Of a stretch of 64,000 nt of DNA, positions 56,317 to 64,000 are shown one piece after another. Each line of letters starts with the position of its first letter. Position 1 is the first letter of the stretch. This DNA is from Octopus sinensis (lineage: Eukaryota). The stretch spans positions 310,001 through 374,000 of the forward strand of contig NW_021832374.1 in the NCBI RefSeq assembly GCF_006345805.1, read 5' to 3'. Both the position numbers and the translations under genes were made by a program. Under the pieces are notes generated by a model. The model was given only the letters and a program-made list of their open reading frames with translations. It was not told the origin of the DNA and searched no databases.

Positions 56317-58971
56317 CTACTTGTGATAGAAAAGTGGTTGCCCCTCAGAGTCGCTATTGAAATTCCTGGAACAACCATTGCTTCTCCCGAGACCCTTTTC
56401 GTCTTCTTGCGATGAGTGGCTTAAGTTATTTAAAAAATCTAATGACTCACCCGTGAACTTTATTAGATTATAAATATTTATTGTCCTTGCAAGAGATTTA
56501 TTAAATTTATAAGAAAGAACTCTACTCATAGCACAGAAGACAACTTCCTACTTAGGTCAGAGCATGTAAAGTCGGATTTGTTGTACAGTTCCTTTGAGCC
56601 ACAAAATCAGGCAAACACGCCAAAGATGGGGCATATATCGCAAATCAATATCTCCGTGGAAAAATAATTCTTTAATTCCAGGTCAATGACTTTAAATCAA
56701 TACAACAATTGCAAGTGGAAGAGACTACTCATTGGATAATCAGGTGCATAATTTATAAAAGTATACAATGAGGGTTTCTTCTGTCAATAAAGACTAAACA
56801 AAAAAGAAATAAAAGTAAAGTACTCTAAAAACAACTAAAAGTCAGTCTTGAGCTCTAAATTAATATAATCAACAACAAAGTATACATTCTCTTGGAATGT
56901 CCAGGTGAATTACACTCCGCCGAAGAATGCTTACTCTGAACACACATTCTATTCAGGATCTCATCATAAAACTCTTTCGTGTCCTCATTCTTCGACATCT
57001 ACAGATAATGGATCCAATTTTTACATATATTTGAAACATCCCGAAACTGTCGTCAAGTTTGGTAGCAGTAATTATCACCTTATTTCCCGAATACCGTACA
57101 ATAGTCGAATCAGATATGACATGATCAACCAATACAGACTGAACGTTGGTTAATTCCTTTATAACTAACACAAATCAAGCGCACACTCCATACTTAAACG
57201 AGAAGACAACTCCTTATCAACCAAACAACACAAAACCCTCTTCTGTGTTCCATACTTTTTCGAATAAAGATTCAATTCAATCAACGTCCCCTCAGCCTGG
57301 AGAAATCAGTCACAACCCAACTCACCTTAAAAGCACAATCTTCACAAATCAACGATTCACAGCCGACATCCAAATTATTCAGTTTTACATACGAATCAAA
57401 TATATTCGTGGATTCGACTGTTTTATCACCACATTCATTGTGAGTATTTTCGACCTCCATTGGACTAACTATGCCAGACTCGTATGTTTTGAGACAGTCA
57501 GAATCCCCTTCCTCGGCACACTCAGGTTGGTCTTCCTCTTTAGTGATATTTTCGTTATCATGCAGACTATTCTCGTAGAACGCGTCCATCGAATTATGGC
57601 GAATTGATTCAGCTTCAGACACAACTTGATTGACAGGAGTGATCACTCCAAAGGATGGCACTTCACATGGCTCCATTTCTTCTGTGCAAGACATGACATC
57701 TTGACAGGAATTCGACTCCTCACTACAGGAAACTACTTCCCCAGGCGAGGAGATTTGCTCAGTGGAGGAAGCCACTTGGTCGACACATGGCATATTCTCC
57801 GTACATGACATCACCTCGTCACTGCAGGACATCATTTCATCCCCGGAGAATTCTTCAGTGGAATCGCTTTGGTCAACATCCAGTTCTTCCTCCGATTCTA
57901 TGTTGAAGCAGCAGTGACAAACCACTGTGAATGGAAATGACTTCGGGGGTCTCCGAATCTGAATTGACTGGCAATAATCACAAATATCCAAACCAATCTC
58001 ATTCCGGGGTGCAGCAACAGAGGGAGAATTCGCAATCCTCGTGTTGATGTCATTTTGTAGTGAGAGAACACTCTCTTGGTTAACCTAAATATATAATAAT
58101 TAAATACAGAAATGTAATAAAATTCCAATTCTCCGTCAACATTGACGACAGAAATGGTCATTCCATTGGTCCCCTTTACCCACGCTTTGAGTTCTCTCCA
58201 AATCATAGAATTTACATACAACTCCCCATTTATCAACGACCGGATTACTTTTAAACAATTTTATAGGGAATACCTATTCTTGATCTATTTTGATCAATCA
58301 GATCACTCAGAATGAATGAGCAGGGCCCACATTCCTTGTAAGTATTCGTAGATTTCACTAGATTCCAGACTTTGCACCGAATCTACGAATTTAGTGAACA
58401 AACAGTCACCGAATGAACAGAAATCTCATTTTTGTCGACCTCTTCCTCTTCTTTGGGTTTGATTTCTTCAACTTCGGAGAGAATCGGCTTTAGTGGGGAC
58501 AAAGAATCCAATTTGACTACAAAATTATATTTTTTGACAACTCTTTGCACGATCGTCCAGAAATGTTGATCCTCCACGGAAAATCAGTTTTCCTGAAGGC
58601 GACTCGTCAAATAACTTTAAAGAGTCCTCGGGTTGTTCTCCCGGTTCACATTCTTCCTGATTTTTGACTATAAAGTTAAAAATTGACAAAATATCCACCA
58701 TTCTCAATTTCGCTTGGTTTGGTCAAGAAAAATTGTTCGGTTAATGTCGAATTGCTAAACAAATCCGTGACACTAATCTTATATGGATTTGTCAATTACG
58801 GTTTAGGATTTGTAGGTAAATTGTTGTTTATTAATTTTGGAAGGCAAAAGTTCGCCATAAATGGTGGTTGGACTGCATTTAGCTGATCCGTGGAGTTTTG
58901 TGACTCTAAACAAACAGAAAATGTAATTAATATATACCATTTAATTTATTTGAGTTATTAACTTGGTCCAT
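56317..58971 (-). CDS. Multi-exon gene, possibly a FANCM-like C-terminal region (ERCC4-like and HhH) without a helicase
   Basis: Clear mini-intron exon structure and an acidic central ORF (57281-57991); weak by-eye resemblance of DQHFWTIVQ, VLVDHVISDSTIV and TKEFYDEILNRM to FANCM segments. Confidence 0.35.
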
Positions 58972-59320
58972 TTCTGTGAAAATAAGAAAATAAACGTCAC
59001 ACAAGAATACAAATACGAAAAAGCTATAAACATTTATTTTTTAATTTAAATAAGTGAAATACTATATTTATTTAAATAAAAATTTAATTAATATCAATTT
59101 TTTCAGTTTAATTTCATTTTTCTCTTGTCTTTTTTTAATAAAACAAACAATTTACGTTAAAAAAAGTTTAATGTTTAATTTAAGATGAGGTATTTGTTTA
59201 GAACTTACGAATTGCGGATAATACTTTATCGACGCTTGCCGCTAATACTTTCCACTTTATTGGGAATCATACTAATCAATTTTGAACGCTTCGAATATCC
59301 GGAATTCAATAAAATAGATA

Positions 59321-60628
59321 CAGTCAACCCTCTCTATAGTGAACCCTCTCTATAGTGAACAGGCCATATTAATGCAATCTACAATAACAAATATTAGTAA
59401 TTCTCATTAATATATTAATTATAAAATGAGTATTCCCTTTAAAAATGTATAATATCATTTATTTAAATATTTTGACGTTCACTATTAAAGAATAGTGAAT
59501 TTTTTTGAACATAAAAATATTAAATTTAATATTTTTACATATATATTTAAAATTCTTTAAAATGAATAAACTACACGTTCTACAGTTGTTAGCATGGTGG
59601 AAAATCGAAAACGCCTGTCATTTTTTCAAAAGAAGGAAATAATCGAATTTTATCATAAAAATAGACATTACACACAGCGCGATTTATCCCTTTATTTCAA
59701 TGTTTCTCTGGGCTGCATAAACAAAATTTTGAAAAATTCTGAAGGAATACTTAATGTTCAAGATGACCAAAAAAAGAAGAAATTTAATTGCCCAAGTCTC
59801 AACCATTCGACAGAGATTTATTTGAATGGTTCGTTAAAAAACGATCATTTGGATTTACAATCAATGAATATCTTTTGAAGTCCATGTCTCTAAAAATGGC
59901 GAAAGTTTGTAATATTCAAGGATTTCAAGCATCAAATGGATGGCTTGAGAAATTTAAAAATTGATATTGCATTGCTTCCCGTGCTTTATGTGGGGAAAAT
60001 CAATTTGTTGAAACCTCTGTGATTGAAAATTTTACAGAAAGCCTCAATAGAAAATTAGAACAATATTGTTCAAAAAATATTTTTAATTTGGACGAAACTG
60101 GATTGTTTTTTAAATTTTTGTCGAAGAGAACATTAGCTGTTGACTCGGACAAAAATCTGTCTAAAAAACCGATAAAAGAAAGAGTAACTGTTATGTTTTG
60201 CGTTAGTATGATGGGAGAAAAACTTGACCCATTTGTTATTGGAAAAGCCAAAAATCCACGCTGCTTTAAAGGAAGAAGAAATTTAATTAATAATTTACAA
60301 GTGGAATACAAATCAAATAAAAAAGCATGGATGACATATGGCTAGTGAATATGAAGCTAGTGAATATGCGAAGGCGCTTGAATTATGGTTTCTTGAGAAT
60401 GATTATGAACAAAGAGGAAAAGTATACGAAATACGAAAAATTTTAAGAAATTATCAAACTAATAATTCTCAAAAAATCACCGATTACATGATTAAAATTT
60501 CTAAATAATCTTTGTAATTATACTTCAATATTGTTTATTGTTATTTTGATTCCTTTTGTTCACTATAGACAATAGTGAACATGATGTTTTGACGTGGACA
60601 TTTTGTTCATTATAGAGAGGGTTGACTG
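59321..60628 (+). mobile_element. pogo/Tigger DNA transposon, internally deleted
   Basis: 24-bp TIRs CAGTCAACCCTCTCTATA(G/A)TGAAC with TA TSD; psq HTH (KRLSFFQKKEII), CENP-B-type HTH (FQASNGWLEKFK), DDE_1 start (NLDETGLFF...ERVTVMFC...KKAWMT). Confidence 0.92.
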
Positions 60629-60939
60629 TATAATAATTTGTTAATTATTTTTTTAGAATCACGTGAATCGAGACCATTTTGATGATTTGTAATTTTGTAA
60701 ATTATGGAATAGGGATCTTATTAATTTTTACTTTTGATGATAAATAATCATTGGTGGTAATAATGTCACTAATCTGCTTCGATACGTTGGGTCACTTATG
60801 GGAAGGGCGACTCCCGAACCACCTGATAATTGGTATTTCGCCGAGCGAGTTCCCATGGCTATAGTCAGGATTAATGCCTATCCGCCAATAATTAAACTAG
60901 AATGATTAACCATGACTAATTAATTATCGGCAGAGGACA

Positions 60940-61072
60940 AACTTATCCAAAAAATGTCTTTTTTTCAAAGTCTTTGAATTCGTAATTTGTAATTCGTAGT
61001 CTTTGAATTCGAATTCGTAATTAACTTATCCGAAAAATGTCTCTTTTTCAAAGTCTTTGAATTCGTAATTTT
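60940..61072. repeat. Approximately 50-bp direct repeat pair with nested GAATTCGTA subrepeats
   Basis: AACTTATCC(A/G)AAAAATGTCT...TTCAAAGTCTTTGAATTCGTAATTT at 60940 and 61023. Confidence 0.75.
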
Positions 61073-61249
61073 TATTGAAATATAGTATGTGGTCTTAGAA
61101 AAGCAATTTTACGAGATAGTCTGCTCACTATATCAGCATTAATTATTCAAAAATATAAGTAAAATTTTTCAGGTTCGCAGCTTGCATGCTCTCTATAGAT
61201 TTCCAGAAAATTAGTGTCTGGATATATAGCTACCTACCCTAGCAAGCAT

Positions 61250-61900
61250 ATATCCTTTGTTATTAGTCATCTTGCATGCTGATTGATATGAGGAAATCAA
61301 TTGATTCAGTCAACCACCAATTCTTAATCCATGTCCTGCAAAACTCTAGTCTTCCGTGTTGGATGGTAATGTTTATCTAAAAATTCACTACCAAATGGAA
61401 AATCAGATAAATTTGGAAAAAGAACACTGGGTGAAGTTAAAATCAATTGATGATACTGCAAAGAAATTCCCTCTCATCTTTGTGTTGTAAATAAACCCTT
61501 TGAACCCAATGCTTGACGGGAAATTCCCGAAAGTAATGACGTAAACTAGGCAGGGGGAAGCTGCATATGTCAATACCCACCTCTTATCTATGAACAAAGC
61601 AAAGCTGTTTTAGCATCATAATGAAGTAATGGAAATGATGGTGGAAGAAGTTGAATCGTTTTTTGACCTAGCTGGGTTAGAAAGAAACGTTGAAAAATCT
61701 GCGACGAATGTTAAGTCTTTGTTTATGAAAGCTTGCATACTCGATGGGCCAAATGGATACCGATATCTAAAAAGTTTTGAAGAATAACAACGATTTAAAA
61801 AAGTTATGGAGAAATCTATGAAGAAACATCCACGAGGATTAAAAACTTGATCAAAAATGAATTAAACTCAGTAAACTTGTTCAAGGCTATAAACGAGCAC
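61250..61900 (+). mobile_element. R4-like RT remnant
   Basis: DMRKSIDSVNHQFLIHVLQNSSLPCW, GLERNVEKSA, GYRYL. Confidence 0.55.
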
Positions 61901-62409
61901 ACATATTCTTAAAAAAATGAACATGTGAAAACATTGTTAATAGAAATAAGATAATTATCCATATTGAACACTTTTCTTCACAAAACCAATTTAATATTTC
62001 TCAATCTAGAATCGAGTCAGGTTTATAAAAACTGTCCTTAATTCCCAGATTTATTAACTAATAGTCTTCTGTTATGAATTTACGAATCAGATAATGTTTC
62101 AAGATTGTCATTGCTTAGAAACTAAATTCATTTTTGTGGCTAAATGGCGGTTAAGCGATATTCTATTATTCCTTGTATTTTTTCTCATAATATACTTTAT
62201 TGTTTTGTAAATGTTCAATCTAAACCACTGTAACAGAATTCATTAAAATTATAAAGTCAGACAAAATGATTTTTAAAATATAGTTCTCTAACCATATTTA
62301 ACGAAATTTATCAAATTTATTTGTGCTGTTTACTAAAATCTTTATGAAAACGAATTGGCAATCACTTAAATGAAGGATTATAGTATAGATGTCAATAATT
62401 TTTAATAGA

Positions 62410-62575
62410 TGCGAAGTACTCTCACTTACGGAAAGTTCAATCCTTCCATTCGAATTATAAATCAGCTTCGTCAAATCGGATCATGTCTATCACAGGCGCA
62501 AATCGAATGTTTTTCGGGATATTTGCGATAGTATCTAATTCTTTCTCGATTGGCTCCCGCCTTGAAGCTTTTAAT
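62410..62575 (+). mobile_element. CRE-like 3' remnant with multiple micro-deletions
   Basis: Aligns by eye to the reverse complement of 1255-1490. Confidence 0.55.
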
Positions 62576-63299
62576 TAATTAACTTGTAGTTATTGGTTGG
62601 TTTTCATTAAAAATCATAAATTTTTTATTAAAAGATTCGAAAATCTATCATCAGGCTTAAAAATGGAATTATATGTTGTAAATCAGATTAGGCAACCTGA
62701 CTTAGATAAAATAAAATTATTGTCATGAATTGTCTGTCAAAGGCTTTTTTATAATCATTAAAATCAAAATTTTTAAAGAATATAATCAAATTTGATTTAA
62801 GAACAAAAAGATAATAGATTGAAGTCAAATAATTTTATTCTTGAATATAAAAAGTCTTAAGCTTTTTGTTAACGTCGTCACTATTTCTTATCTCCAAAAA
62901 TTCGTGGTATGGTACCACGCTGATATTATCCGCAATATCTGTCACTCGGAAGCACTTTTGATTCCTTTTCATAGATTTTATTAATATGTTCTAATTGAAA
63001 TTATAAAAAATATGTCTTTACATCGTTAATTTTGTCACCAGAGTTGTAAAGTTGATTATATGTATGAAAATGTTCTATCTTCATTCTCTTTGTGTTCAGA
63101 ACAGTTTCATATAAGGACAAAATTCTGCAGAATAAATAGTTTCGAGATCTATTTCCCGCTTTATGCAATCTTACATACAAACCAACCTGGAATATTATTT
63201 AAATTTTTTATGTTTACCGAATATATTTTAGATTTATGTTTTAGTTTTTGATAATATTTTTTCTTCGCACGACCCCGCATTCCTTTTGTGATACTACTT

Positions 63300-63730
63300 T
63301 CACCGATCCAGCTCCATTCTTGTTTAGTATCTAATACCTTATTATTTGTATTGAGATGCCTCCATATATATTAAGATCAGAATTCCTCCTATCTTCTATT
63401 TTAATAGGATGGGTAGTAATATTAAAAGGAATTTCCAAGGAATTAAATGTTAAGGTGTTCAGTAAATCTAAATTGTAAAATTGTGACTTACTATGATCAC
63501 TAGTTTGTGAAATAATTTGTGACAGATTTGTTAAAGGGTAATTTTGGTTCTGGGCGGAATAATTTTTAATATTGTGTAAACACATGTCCAAATGATGCAA
63601 TACTAGTAGAAAGTATTTGTTTAAAATACTTTGATTATTCAAAATAAGACTCAGGTACTGCGCTATCGGAAATTGTAGATATTGCATCATTTGACTCATT
63701 TGCTGGATGTAAAAATAGGTGAATAAAGGG
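63300..63730 (-). CDS. Possible exon(s) of an unidentified host gene
   Basis: 122-aa ORF ending near a GT donor; no motif recognised. Confidence 0.2.
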
Positions 63731-64000
63731 TTTTGGCCGAGTAATTGATAATTTATTTGGTTATAAGCTTATTTGATTAAACTAATTATTAATCGAAATT
63801 TACAGATTGACGTATTGAGCGGATTTTCTTTCGATATATTCTCCAAAATGTTTTCAGGTTGCCAGTATTGTGAATTTTCGGTATTGTTCCTTTTTTCTTT
63901 TATAGAACAAATTAAATTATTTAGTTTTTGTATTAAAAAAATACAATTTGAGGTTAATTTCTTTATTTAATATTTAACTGACTAGCTTATATAGTACCTT

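Overview
AT-rich eukaryotic DNA from a metazoan with miniature introns (about 23-30 nt, GT-AG, one apparent GC-AG). Groucho/TLE, Bcl-2-like and Ig-like genes together with the motile-cilia gene CFAP70 and mitochondrial genes point to a ciliated, genome-reduced animal; a dicyemid is my best inference and this is unverified. Host genes: three cathepsin-L-like paralogs, SDHAF2, a Lifeguard/TMBIM gene, a small Ig-like membrane protein, a Bcl-2-like gene, ubinuclein, Groucho, CFAP70, MRPL35, a TCF20/RAI1-like ePHD gene and a possible helicase-less FANCM-like gene. They sit among many transposable elements: CRE-like and R4/Dong-like RLE retrotransposons, APE-RT LINEs, hAT, Tc1 and pogo/Tigger. Main finding: a full-length Ingi/Vingi-like retrotransposon (27089-30381, 16-bp target-site duplication) interrupts the Bcl-2-like gene, and removing it restores an in-frame 160-aa protein. 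The element starts with an HDV-like ribozyme fold at its first nucleotide, followed by a 2A motif, APE and RT, which is the architecture of trypanosome L1Tc. All translations and splice models were done by eye; coordinates of degenerate TE fragments are approximate.
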